Assembly (NCBI GenBank): GCA_964545385.1
Contig: CAZJFG010000001.1
Coordinates: forward strand, 40,365 to 104,364
DNA: 64,000 nt
Origin: an uncultured Gammaproteobacteria bacterium
GTDB lineage: Bacteria; Patescibacteriota; Microgenomatia; UBA1406; GWC2-37-13
Direction: 5' to 3'
Positions 10,873 to 20,019 of the stretch are shown here, one piece after another. The first letter of the stretch is position 1, and every line of letters begins with the position of its first letter. Position numbers and translations under genes: made by a program. A model generated the notes under the pieces. It made no database searches. It was not told the origin of the DNA and saw nothing but the letters and a program-made list of their open reading frames with translations.

Positions 10873-12612
10873 ATGGAAAGACTATTTCATTATCTTAAGC
10901 CCTATCGTTTTTTATTATTTGTAATTTTCCTTTTGGCTATTGGCCAGTCTTCTGCCAATCTCTATTTGCCAAATTTAATGTCAGATATCGTCAACAACGG
11001 TATCGCGGCTTTTGATACCAACTATATTTGGCGTACCGGAGGAATAATGGTACTCGTAGCTATTGGAGGAACATTATGTTCCATAATCGGCATGTATTTT
11101 TCCACAAGAGTCGCCACCGGCATGGTAAAAACTATTCGAACGGATATTTTTAGAAAAGTGCAAAATTTTTCCCTTCATGAGTTTGATATTTTAAACACTT
11201 CTTCACTAATCACTCGCACGACCAACGACACTATCCAAATTCAACAGCTAATGGTAATTATGCTTGGCCTTTTGATTACGGCTCCGATCACTTTGGTCGT
11301 CGGCGTTGTTTTAGCTCTTAATCAAGATCTGGCGCTTTCCTGGATCATTATTATAATAATACCCATTATTGTCACCTTGGTAGTTGTCCTTCTTTTTAAA
11401 GCCGTCCCTCTTTTTACCTTAATCCAAACCAAGCTTGACCGACTTAACCTTATTCTTGATGAAAATTTGATTGGTGTTCGAGTTATTCGCGCTTTTAATA
11501 AACAAAAACATGAAGAAGAGCGGTTTGATACCGCCAACCGCGATCTCACCAATATTGCTATAAGTGTTAACCGCCTCATTGCCATCATGATGCCAATAAT
11601 GATGCTTATTATTAATCTTTCAACTATTGCCATTATCTGGTTTGGCAGTTTGCGGGTGGCGGCAAATGATCTGCAAATTGGAGCGATGTTTGCTTTTTTG
11701 CAGTATACGATGCAGATTCTTATTTCTCTTTTGATGGTGGCTTTGATGTTTATTATGATTCCCCGGGCTCAAGCTTCCGCCAAAAGAATCAATGAAGTTT
11801 TAGCAATGGAACCGGAAATAAAAGATCCGCCACAAACTGTAGCTATCGGGAAAAAACGCGGCTTTGTTGAATTTCAAGATGTTACTTTTAATTATTTTGG
11901 AGCGGAAAAGCCAGCTTTACAACACATATCATTTAAGGCCGTGCCCGGCCAGACAACGGCCATTATTGGCGGAACAGGTTCCGGAAAGTCGACATTGGTC
12001 AATTTAATAATGCGTTTTTATGACCTTAAGCAAGGAAAAATTTTAGTTGACGGCGTGGATGTCCGCCAAATATCCCAGCAAAACCTACGAGCAAGAATCG
12101 GTTTTGTCCCCCAAAAAGCTATTCTTTTTGCCGGAACCGTTAATGAAAATTTACTTTTCGGCAAAGAAAATGCGACTTATAAAGAAATCGAGCATGCTAC
12201 CAAAATTGCCCAAGCCTATGAATTTATAAAAAAATTGCCGAAAGGTTTCAACTCGCCGATTGCTCAAGGCGGAACCAATATCTCTGGTGGTCAGATGCAG
12301 CGATTATCAATTGCTCGTGCGCTAATTCGTAAACCGGAAATTTATATTTTTGATGATGCCTTTTCCGCCTTGGATTTTAAAACCGATGCTAAATTACGAG
12401 CGGCTTTGAAAGCAGAAACGCGCCAATCAACGGTGATAATCGTTGCCCAACGCGTGAGCACAATTATGGACGCGGATCAGATTATTGTTTTGGATGAAGG
12501 ACGTGTTGCCGGCCAAGGCAAACATCAGGAGTTAATGAAAAATTGTGAGGTTTATCGGGATATTGTTTCCTCACAACTTTCCCAAGTAGAAATTAGCCAA
12601 AAAATAAAATGA
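10873..12612 (+). CDS. ABC transporter permease/ATP-binding protein (exporter half-transporter)
   Basis: Six-TM exporter domain plus Walker A GGTGSGKST, signature ISGGQMQR and Walker B IYIFDDAFSALD. Confidence 0.92.
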   Translation: MERLFHYLKPYRFLLFVIFLLAIGQSSANLYLPNLMSDIVNNGIAAFDTNYIWRTGGIMVLVAIGGTLCSIIGMYFSTRVATGMVKTIRTDIFRKVQNFSLHEFDILNTSSLITRTTNDTIQIQQLMVIMLGLLITAPITLVVGVVLALNQDLALSWIIIIIIPIIVTLVVVLLFKAVPLFTLIQTKLDRLNLILDENLIGVRVIRAFNKQKHEEERFDTANRDLTNIAISVNRLIAIMMPIMMLIINLSTIAIIWFGSLRVAANDLQIGAMFAFLQYTMQILISLLMVALMFIMIPRAQASAKRINEVLAMEPEIKDPPQTVAIGKKRGFVEFQDVTFNYFGAEKPALQHISFKAVPGQTTAIIGGTGSGKSTLVNLIMRFYDLKQGKILVDGVDVRQISQQNLRARIGFVPQKAILFAGTVNENLLFGKENATYKEIEHATKIAQAYEFIKKLPKGFNSPIAQGGTNISGGQMQRLSIARALIRKPEIYIFDDAFSALDFKTDAKLRAALKAETRQSTVIIVAQRVSTIMDADQIIVLDEGRVAGQGKHQELMKNCEVYRDIVSSQLSQVEISQKIK

Positions 12613-14555
12613 ATCCAACAACTGCCAATAAAACCGAACGCAAAAAAATACAAGGTAGATTAAAAGGCATAGGTATGGGTCGACCGGTCGAAAAAGCCAA
12701 AGATTTTTGGGGAACGCTGCGCCGACTTCTCCACTATTTTTCTGATGAAAAAATTCGCCTTTCGATTGTAATAGGTGCCGCTATCTTAGGCACAACATTC
12801 CATATTATTGGCCCAAAAATCCTTGGTTTGGCTACAACAAAATTATTTAATAATCTTATATCCAGTTTTATTGTCCAGGTTAAAAATTATCTTTTGCAAC
12901 AGCAACTGGCAAAAAATCCTCAACTGCCTCTTAAACTCGAACCGGTACCGGGAATCGAGTTTGGATATATTGGCAGGATAATGCTTATCCTATTGGGATT
13001 ATATATCTTGAGTTCCGTTTTTATATTTATCCAGCAATATCTTATGGCCGGCGTCGCCCAAAAAACTATTTATAAAATTCGCAAACAGGTCGATAAAAAA
13101 CTTTCCCGCCTGCCTCTTAAATACTTTGATGGCCGAACTCATGGAGAAATTTTAAGTCGAGCCGTTAATGATGTTGACAACATGAGTTCAACTCTCCAGC
13201 AAAGTATTTCTCAGCTTATTACTTCTGTTGTTACTTTAATCGGAGTTTTGTCCATGATGCTCTCAATCAGCGGCAGACTAACGGTTATCGTCTTGCTGAC
13301 TTTACCCCTAAGCCTTTTTATCGTTTCCGGCATTGCCAAAAAATCTCAGGAATATTTTAGACACCAGCAATATGCCATAGGTGATTTAAACGGTCACGTT
13401 GAAGAAATGTATATCGGTCATAAAATCGTCAGAGCTTTTAACTACGAAAAAAAAGCTATTCATCGATTTAATATTCTCAACGAAAGACTGTATAACGCCG
13501 GTTGGAAAGCCCAGTATGTTTCTGGAATTATTATGCCTCTTATGAGGTTTGTTGGTAATCTTGGTTATGTTTTAGTCGCCATCGCCGGAGGAATTATGAC
13601 AACACAGGGAGCAATAAGTTTGGGTGATGTACAAGCTTTTATCCAGTATTCAAACCAGTTTACCCAACCTATCACTCAACTCGCTAATATCGCCAATGTT
13701 ATTCAATCAACGATAGCCTCAGCCGAACGGGTTTTTGAGTTTTTGGATGAAGAAGAAGAGGTGCCGGAAACAACGACGCCGATTATCATTAAAAATCCCA
13801 AAGGAGCTGTCAGGTTTGAACATGTTTTTTTTGGTTATCAAAAAAATAAGCTTCTCATTAAAGATATGAATATTGATGTTAAACCCGGACAGATGGTTGC
13901 CATTGTCGGTCCAACCGGTGCAGGCAAAACAACTTTAGTTAATCTGCTGATGCGCTTTTATGAGATAAATAGTGGCCGTATTCTAATTGACGGAGTAGAT
14001 ATTACAAAACTTAAAAGAGCTGATCTTCGTCACATGTTTGGTATGGTTCTCCAAGATACCTGGCTTTTCAATGGGACTATCCGAGATAATATCGCCTATG
14101 GTAAAGAAAATGCGACGATGGAGGAAATTATTAAAGCAGCCGATGCCGCTTATGCTGATCACTTCATAAGAAGACTTCCCGACGGCTATAACATGGTCTT
14201 AAATGAAGAAGCAACCAACATCTCTCAAGGCCAAAAACAACTTTTAACAATTGCCCGTGCTTTTTTGGCTGACCCGGAAATCCTTATTTTAGATGAGGCA
14301 ACAAGCAGTGTCGACACTCGGACCGAACAGTTGATTCAAAACGCAATGAAAAATATTATGAAAAACCGAACAAATTTCGTCATTGCCCATAGGCTATCAA
14401 CTATCCGTGATGCCGATCTAATACTTGTTATGAATCACGGTACAATCATCGAAAAAGGTACTCATGAAGGACTGTTGGCAAAAAATGGTTTTTATGCCGA
14501 TCTTTACAACAGCCAGTTTAACACTTATATTAATTCCACTAAAAAAGCCCTCTAG
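12609..14555 (+). CDS. ABC transporter permease/ATP-binding protein (exporter half-transporter, partner of 10873..12612)
   Basis: Walker A GPTGAGKTT, signature ISQGQKQ, Walker B ILILDEATSSVD. ATGA overlap with the upstream gene. Confidence 0.92.
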   Translation: MNPTTANKTERKKIQGRLKGIGMGRPVEKAKDFWGTLRRLLHYFSDEKIRLSIVIGAAILGTTFHIIGPKILGLATTKLFNNLISSFIVQVKNYLLQQQLAKNPQLPLKLEPVPGIEFGYIGRIMLILLGLYILSSVFIFIQQYLMAGVAQKTIYKIRKQVDKKLSRLPLKYFDGRTHGEILSRAVNDVDNMSSTLQQSISQLITSVVTLIGVLSMMLSISGRLTVIVLLTLPLSLFIVSGIAKKSQEYFRHQQYAIGDLNGHVEEMYIGHKIVRAFNYEKKAIHRFNILNERLYNAGWKAQYVSGIIMPLMRFVGNLGYVLVAIAGGIMTTQGAISLGDVQAFIQYSNQFTQPITQLANIANVIQSTIASAERVFEFLDEEEEVPETTTPIIIKNPKGAVRFEHVFFGYQKNKLLIKDMNIDVKPGQMVAIVGPTGAGKTTLVNLLMRFYEINSGRILIDGVDITKLKRADLRHMFGMVLQDTWLFNGTIRDNIAYGKENATMEEIIKAADAAYADHFIRRLPDGYNMVLNEEATNISQGQKQLLTIARAFLADPEILILDEATSSVDTRTEQLIQNAMKNIMKNRTNFVIAHRLSTIRDADLILVMNHGTIIEKGTHEGLLAKNGFYADLYNSQFNTYINSTKKAL

Positions 14556-14568
14556 AAAAGAGGGCTTT
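14547..14568. terminator. Bidirectional terminator hairpin between the convergent ABC and hsp20 genes
   Basis: AAAAAA-GCCCTCT-agaaa-AGAGGGC-TTT. The TAG stop of the ABC gene lies inside the stem. Confidence 0.6.
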
Positions 14569-14591
14569 ATATTAGATATCTAGTTAAAACT

Positions 14592-15014
14592 TTATTTACT
14601 TGTTTTAACAGATATTCTTTTGGGTTTTGCCGCCTCAGCAATAGGTGCTTTTACCGTCAAAACTCCATTTTTTATCTCTGCTTCAATTTTCTTCTCGTCG
14701 ATTGGCCGAGGCAGATATGTACTGTAATCAAACGAAGAAATTCTCTGCATCTTGTGAACAATCCTATTTTTCTTCTTTTCTTCTGTTTTTTCTTCGGACT
14801 TTCCCTGAATGTGTAAAACACCGTCTTCGTAGGTTATTTCCAATTTATCTTCAGGAATTCCCGGGACAGATGCTTCAACCATAACATTCCCATTTTCTTC
14901 GTAAACGTTTAAACCTTCTGTCATCGTTAATTCCGGCCACTCATCTTCGTCAAAAAATGGTCGGAAAAACTGTTGTTGCATTTGTGTAAAAGGATCAAGG
15001 CGAATTATTGCCAT
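14592..15014 (-). CDS. Hsp20 / alpha-crystallin family small heat-shock protein
   Basis: Alpha-crystallin domain (VYEENGNVMVEASVPGIPEDKLEITYEDGVLHIQGK ... AEIKNGVLTVKAP). Confidence 0.9.
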   Translation of the reverse strand: MAIIRLDPFTQMQQQFFRPFFDEDEWPELTMTEGLNVYEENGNVMVEASVPGIPEDKLEITYEDGVLHIQGKSEEKTEEKKKNRIVHKMQRISSFDYSTYLPRPIDEKKIEAEIKNGVLTVKAPIAEAAKPKRISVKTSK

Positions 15015-15036
15015 TTTTACTCACCTCCTTTCCCAA

Positions 15037-15071
15037 TTAGCAGTATAACAACTAGTATGCTAAATTGTCAA
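15037..15071 (-). promoter_or_regulatory. hsp20 promoter with an overlapping CIRCE-like inverted repeat
   Basis: Minus strand reads TTGACA-18 nt-TATACT, then AGGAGG 8 nt before the ATG. The inverted repeat TTAGCAtac-N9-tacTGCTAA spans the -10 region. Confidence 0.5.
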
Positions 15072-15175
15072 GAGGTTTAATTGAATCTACAATATACACA
15101 TACTGGAAAAGCTAATATGTCAGGAGTTGATTGTTAAGAAAAAATTGGCAAATAAGGCAATGGTTTTTTCCATAT

Positions 15176-16285
15176 TTATTTTTTACCCAAATCAAACATC
15201 CATTTAACAAACGTTATGTAAAAGAATGGCAAAATTAAAATAAAATATCTGGGAAAAGGAGCTTGAATACCAAGATAAAAAAGATAAATAATAGAAATTG
15301 AGGAGAATAGTAATTCGGTATTTATTAATTTTTTTCTAAAAATTTTGATTGATTTAATAAAAGAAACAAAAAATGTAATTGGCCAAAGCCAGGACCATTG
15401 ATCTGTCCTGACTATTGAGTAGTTACCCCACCAGCTTTTATAAAAACCTCCTAAAAAAAGAGTCAATGATGAAAAAGGAATATTGGTCATAGAATGTTCC
15501 TTCCAGTATTTCAACAACTTCATTTGAAAGAAAAATATGTTAAAAAAACCGTTTCTATTTATAAAAGCTTTAAGATAGGTTAAACTAAAAACAATAAATC
15601 CGATTAAGAGTTGTTGAAAAACTGTCTTTAATTTGACTTTTTTCTTAATTAAGTTATAACCGTTTAACACAATTACAAAAAAAGGAACCGCACCCCAAAA
15701 CTTTGCGCTGGCAAATAGACCTAAAAATAATCCCTGTAGCCAAAAATTGTCTTTTTTGTACAAAACGAAAAATAGATAAGTCAACAAAAAACACGCCTGA
15801 CCCATCTCAAAAGAGGCGTCGCCGGAAAGCATTATGAAAAGTGGATCGAAAATAAGTAATAAACTTGTTACGGCAGCAATTTTTGTAGAACGGAATAGCT
15901 TAAAAGCAAGTACATATGTTAACAACAGGTAGAGAATGCAAAAAAATATCTCCAAATGGAATGGATTTTTCGTAAGAAGAATTGTTAGACCATACAGATA
16001 CTTAACAAAAGGAGTGTGTTGAAAATGATACTCTGTAGGATCTGCACCTTTAATATATAGATATCCTGCGGCAATATGCAGATCTCCGTCGGAAAGAAAT
16101 AATCTTCTGCATGGTGGTTCATAAGTAATATCTTGAGAGCAAAAATATTTTTTAATTAAAGACGTATTAAATCTGTATGAAAAAACATGAGGCTGAAAAA
16201 AATAAATGGTTATTAAATATATAACGATAATTAAAAAAAAATAAAAAAAATGCTTTGGCAGAGTCCTATTTTTAACAGGAATCAT
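15176..16285 (-). CDS. Polytopic membrane protein, probable GT-C fold glycosyltransferase (PMT/ArnT-like)
   Basis: About 10 TM helices. The first extracytoplasmic loop carries a DGDLHIAAGY...HTPFVKYLYGL pattern resembling the PMT/ArnT family. The assignment rests on pattern only. Confidence 0.5.
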   Translation of the reverse strand: MIPVKNRTLPKHFFYFFLIIVIYLITIYFFQPHVFSYRFNTSLIKKYFCSQDITYEPPCRRLFLSDGDLHIAAGYLYIKGADPTEYHFQHTPFVKYLYGLTILLTKNPFHLEIFFCILYLLLTYVLAFKLFRSTKIAAVTSLLLIFDPLFIMLSGDASFEMGQACFLLTYLFFVLYKKDNFWLQGLFLGLFASAKFWGAVPFFVIVLNGYNLIKKKVKLKTVFQQLLIGFIVFSLTYLKAFINRNGFFNIFFFQMKLLKYWKEHSMTNIPFSSLTLFLGGFYKSWWGNYSIVRTDQWSWLWPITFFVSFIKSIKIFRKKLINTELLFSSISIIYLFYLGIQAPFPRYFILILPFFYITFVKWMFDLGKK

Positions 16286-16292
16286 AAATTTA

Positions 16293-17327
16293 TTATACCC
16301 TAATCACCTTCTTGTCAATAACAGAAAGCTCAACAATTTCCGATTCTGCTGTTGTTAAAATAGTTTGATATTTAGTAATTAAATCAAGAATCAGCTTTTT
16401 ATTTTTTAAATCAAGTTCAGAAAAAACATCGTCCAAAAGCAGAATCGGTTTTTTATCAAAAATACTTTCATAGTATTTTATTTCATTAATCTTCAACCAG
16501 AAAATTCCTAAGCGATGTTCACTCCGCGATCCAAAGCGATGAATATTTTTTTTATCCAGATAGATTTGAAAATCATCTTTTTGAGGCCCGATTATTGTCC
16601 TCCTATACCTTTTTTCAACTTCAAAAACTCCTTTAAGTCTTTTTTTGGTAAATAAGTTAGGCTGATATTTAATAAAAAATGATTTACTGTCAAGATTGGG
16701 ATTTTTATTTAAAAATTCAATATATGAAATCCTTTTCTCGGAAAGATAATCTCCTTGTTCTTCCAAGTAATCATCCCAAAAAAAAAGTTCGTCGGTCAGT
16801 GCTTTTTCCGTACGATAAGTTTCTAAAACTTTATTTCTTTTTCTTAGAGCGTTTTGATAGTTATTTAACTTTTTTTTGTAATTTTGGTCATAAAAAGAAA
16901 TTTGTTTGTCCAAATACTCCCTTCTTTGATCTGGAGATCCGGATATGATTTCAAGTTGCTGAGGAGAAAAAAGGACTGACTTTATCCCCTCTTGTTGAAA
17001 ATGGCTTAGTTTTTTGACAGTATTATTGATCACATATTTTTTTCCAAAAATGTTTTTAGTTTTTTGAAAGACAATCCTTAAAGTAACTTTGTTTCTCTCA
17101 TTGATAAAAAGCCCTTCAATTTCAGCGTTGTTTTTACCAATATTGATCAGCTCTTCTTCTTTCGACTCCCGAAAACCCGATCCTTGAGTTAAACAATATG
17201 CCGCTTCCAAAAGATTCGTCTTTCCTTGGGCATTTTCACCATAAATAATGGTTAGAAATGGACTAAATGTAAATTTCAGATCGCTAAAATTTCTAAAATT
17301 ATGGAGAGTAATTTTTTCTAATATCAT
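16293..17327 (-). CDS. recF: DNA replication and repair protein RecF
   Basis: LEKITLHNFRNF start, Walker A GENAQGKTNLLEA, C-terminal ILLLDDVFSELD. Confidence 0.9.
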   Translation of the reverse strand: MILEKITLHNFRNFSDLKFTFSPFLTIIYGENAQGKTNLLEAAYCLTQGSGFRESKEEELINIGKNNAEIEGLFINERNKVTLRIVFQKTKNIFGKKYVINNTVKKLSHFQQEGIKSVLFSPQQLEIISGSPDQRREYLDKQISFYDQNYKKKLNNYQNALRKRNKVLETYRTEKALTDELFFWDDYLEEQGDYLSEKRISYIEFLNKNPNLDSKSFFIKYQPNLFTKKRLKGVFEVEKRYRRTIIGPQKDDFQIYLDKKNIHRFGSRSEHRLGIFWLKINEIKYYESIFDKKPILLLDDVFSELDLKNKKLILDLITKYQTILTTAESEIVELSVIDKKVIRV

Positions 17328-18667
17328 TTCTTTTTTAACAAAAAGACTGTTTCGAAGAATGATGGTAATCTAAAATATGAACGCCTAAGGATTGAGATAT
17401 TTTCAAAAGAGAGAAAAAGATTTTGCCAATACCGGCGCGTAAAAACCGATATATGAGAAAAGTCATAACCGTGGGTGAAATTAATCCAGTAATTCTCCAA
17501 GGTATAGATTTTATGGAGAACGTATTTGTTTGAGACACGAATTGTCTCACTTACCGCTTTTTTCAACTTTGATCTTTCCAAATGTTCCATAACATCGTAG
17601 GTAAGAACCAAATCAAATTTATTATCCTCATAGGGAATGTCTATAATATCAGACTCCTTAACAAAAGGTTTTATTTTTTTATCAACAAGTGCCAAAGCAT
17701 GTTTGGAAATCTCCACTCCATAAGCCTCTATTCCAAAAAATCTCAACCAACGGATCAGCTGTCCGGCTCCACACCCGACGTCGAGACAGTTTTTGGGATT
17801 AATAAATATTTTTATTATTAAAGCCCGATAAAAATTAATAATATTGTGAAATATTTTTCCAAAAAAAGATTCGACAAAACTCAGCCGGTACTCACCTTTT
17901 TTACCTTGATAATAATCTCTATCATAAAAACCAGCCTCAATATGGAAGGGTGCAATTACAGTTCCCTTAAATTCGTCACCTTCAATTATTTTTTCCAGAT
18001 TCTTAAAATCTTTGCCATTTGCAATGATTGTCGTTAAATTTAGTTTTTTTGCTAGTTTTGTGGCAATCGGATCAAAAGGAGCCGAAAGACCAGGCAACCA
18101 TTTTCCATTAACTAACAATTTATCCATCATTTTTTCCATCTGTTCCCAAGTAATTTTTTTAATAATTTTCGCATCCTTATTTTTTTTAGGATCTTTATCA
18201 TATAACCAATCGATATTGGACAAATTGATTATCATTTTACCGCCATAATCCTGGGCTATTTTGACAGCATTATAATCTGTCGACCAACCCGGCTTCCAAC
18301 CGGCCCCAATAGCAATCGGTTCCTGCCAGTTTAAAAGTCTTCGCTCGTAGTTTTCAATAATCCGAGGATGAGAAATGTCTTCAAAAATAGTACGCAAAAG
18401 ATGTGCATTAAGCCGTGTTACGTGAATCGCAATCCAATCAAGATCTTCATCGGTCACGTTGCCGATAACCGCACTACCCGTATCTCGATAAACGCGGGAA
18501 AGCTTTCCTCCGCCTGCCACTAAAAAAAACCGCCGTCCTTTTTTAACTTGCTCCCGAATGAAAATATTGAGTTTGGAGAGGAATTGATTGTCAGGTCCTC
18601 CGTTTGGAACAATTAGACTACCACCGACAGAAATTATGATTGGTGGTTCTTTGTAGTTAAAAAGCAT
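17324..18667 (-). CDS. Fusion protein: amino-acid-kinase fold (archaeal-type UMP kinase-like) N-domain plus class I SAM-dependent methyltransferase C-domain
   Basis: N-terminal IISVGGSLIVP...FLVAGGGKLSRVY...GWKPGWSTD (PyrH-like). C-terminal motif I LDVGCGAGQLIRWL and DLVLTYDVMEHL. Confidence 0.75.
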   Translation of the reverse strand: MLFNYKEPPIIISVGGSLIVPNGGPDNQFLSKLNIFIREQVKKGRRFFLVAGGGKLSRVYRDTGSAVIGNVTDEDLDWIAIHVTRLNAHLLRTIFEDISHPRIIENYERRLLNWQEPIAIGAGWKPGWSTDYNAVKIAQDYGGKMIINLSNIDWLYDKDPKKNKDAKIIKKITWEQMEKMMDKLLVNGKWLPGLSAPFDPIATKLAKKLNLTTIIANGKDFKNLEKIIEGDEFKGTVIAPFHIEAGFYDRDYYQGKKGEYRLSFVESFFGKIFHNIINFYRALIIKIFINPKNCLDVGCGAGQLIRWLRFFGIEAYGVEISKHALALVDKKIKPFVKESDIIDIPYEDNKFDLVLTYDVMEHLERSKLKKAVSETIRVSNKYVLHKIYTLENYWINFTHGYDFSHISVFTRRYWQNLFLSFENISILRRSYFRLPSFFETVFLLKKK

Positions 18668-18716
18668 CCTAAATATCGATTATATGTGATAGACGAAATA
18701 AAATCAATTGGATAAA

Positions 18717-19031
18717 TTAAAAAATTCCTTCTCCTAACCCGAAAATCGATGTCAAAATTTTTACTATTGCATAGGCAAAAATCAGCAAAACAAATCCGAT
18801 AATACCTGTTGTAATTTTGGCTTGAGCACCTTTTAACTTGTCTGGTTGGCCCCTGGACATCATAAAATCATATCCGCCCCAGATCAAAACAAAAAGAAGA
18901 ATGATTCCGGCAAGTGGAATCAGAAGAGAAACAATCTTGTTCACAATATCACCTAAAGTACTCACGCCTTCAAGCGGCCCTTCAATTGCCTGGCCGCCGA
19001 CATTGATTGACTGTGCCAAAATTTTATTCAT
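18717..19031 (-). CDS. Small two-TM protein, TrbC/VirB2-like (T4SS-pilin-like) family
   Basis: TM1, a loop MSRGQPDKLKGAQAKITTGIIG, then TM2. The same architecture and loop motif occur in 28974..29681, 46849..47145 and 47142..47489. Confidence 0.6.
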   Translation of the reverse strand: MNKILAQSINVGGQAIEGPLEGVSTLGDIVNKIVSLLIPLAGIILLFVLIWGGYDFMMSRGQPDKLKGAQAKITTGIIGFVLLIFAYAIVKILTSIFGLGEGIF

Positions 19032-19702
19032 CTTTTGAAGATTAAACGGGTAACTTTGAAAAAAATAATTAAAATAAAATTTGTAATTGCCGAAAACAAC
19101 AAATAAAAATTTATATTTTGAAAAAACTCAAAAAAACCGTTGGTGATAAGTTTGTTGTTAAATATAAAATCAAGATTTATATTAAAAACATATATCACTC
19201 CAACAATAATAATTATAACCGGAATAATTAAAACAAAATCAACTAAATCCTGATTTGATGAAAACATGGTTGAAGAAACGGCAAATACGATATAACCAAA
19301 AATAATATTCTCCAATAAACTATCACTGGGAAAAAGATGAAACTTTGCCAAAAACCAAAAAAAAATTAAGCCAAAAAAAATCGGAGCAATGCCGACCAGA
19401 ACTCCACGGAGAAAATCTTTTTTTTCATACAAAACACTTCCAAGTTTTATCCTATTTTTTTCCCATTGGGGTAAAAGTCTTACCTCGTGAACTCGTAAAT
19501 TTAAAATCGTGGCTGCCATAAAATGTCCCATCTCATGGACAATGGTTCCTGGGAAAAATAGGAAACTGACTAAAATATAAATGATTTTTTCTTTTCTGAA
19601 AAACATCCTTAAGAAACGGAATAGTTCGTTTATTGTCAAACGGGATAAAAAAAAGATTAAAATAATTTGAAGAAGTATTAGTAGTGAAAAAGTTATTGAC
19701 AT
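19028..19702 (-). CDS. Membrane protein with HExxH motif (putative intramembrane zinc metalloprotease-like)
   Basis: IVHEMGHFMAA inside a multi-TM protein. 4-nt overlap with the downstream pilin-like gene. Confidence 0.6.
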   Translation of the reverse strand: MSITFSLLILLQIILIFFLSRLTINELFRFLRMFFRKEKIIYILVSFLFFPGTIVHEMGHFMAATILNLRVHEVRLLPQWEKNRIKLGSVLYEKKDFLRGVLVGIAPIFFGLIFFWFLAKFHLFPSDSLLENIIFGYIVFAVSSTMFSSNQDLVDFVLIIPVIIIIVGVIYVFNINLDFIFNNKLITNGFFEFFQNINFYLLFSAITNFILIIFFKVTRLIFKR

Positions 19703-20019
19703 TATTTTTCGAGTTCACTTGCGTTCGTTGCCTCCGGAGTAATTGTTGTTTCAGGTTCCTCTGCAATGGTCGGACTTAGCGAAGCAGTAGTTGGCGTTAT
19801 AAGCTCAAGTGTCGGTTCAACGGTTGGAACAACAGTTGTCGGAGTTGGTGTAATCGATTCCTGAACGGCGGTCGAGCTTATCTTTTTTTGAATCAAAACA
19901 AAAAGCATGATGGCCAAAATTAAAGCCGTCAAAGTAACAATAACAAGTAAAACTGTATTCAAACCGCTATCTTTACCTTCCAGTTTTTTTACATCAATTG
20001 GCGTGTAATTGTTGTCCAT
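19702..20019 (-). CDS. Membrane-anchored Pro/Thr-rich protein
   Basis: One TM helix (LLVIVTLTALILAIMLFVLI) followed by a T/P-rich tail. Confidence 0.5.
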   Translation of the reverse strand: MDNNYTPIDVKKLEGKDSGLNTVLLVIVTLTALILAIMLFVLIQKKISSTAVQESITPTPTTVVPTVEPTLELITPTTASLSPTIAEEPETTITPEATNASELEK

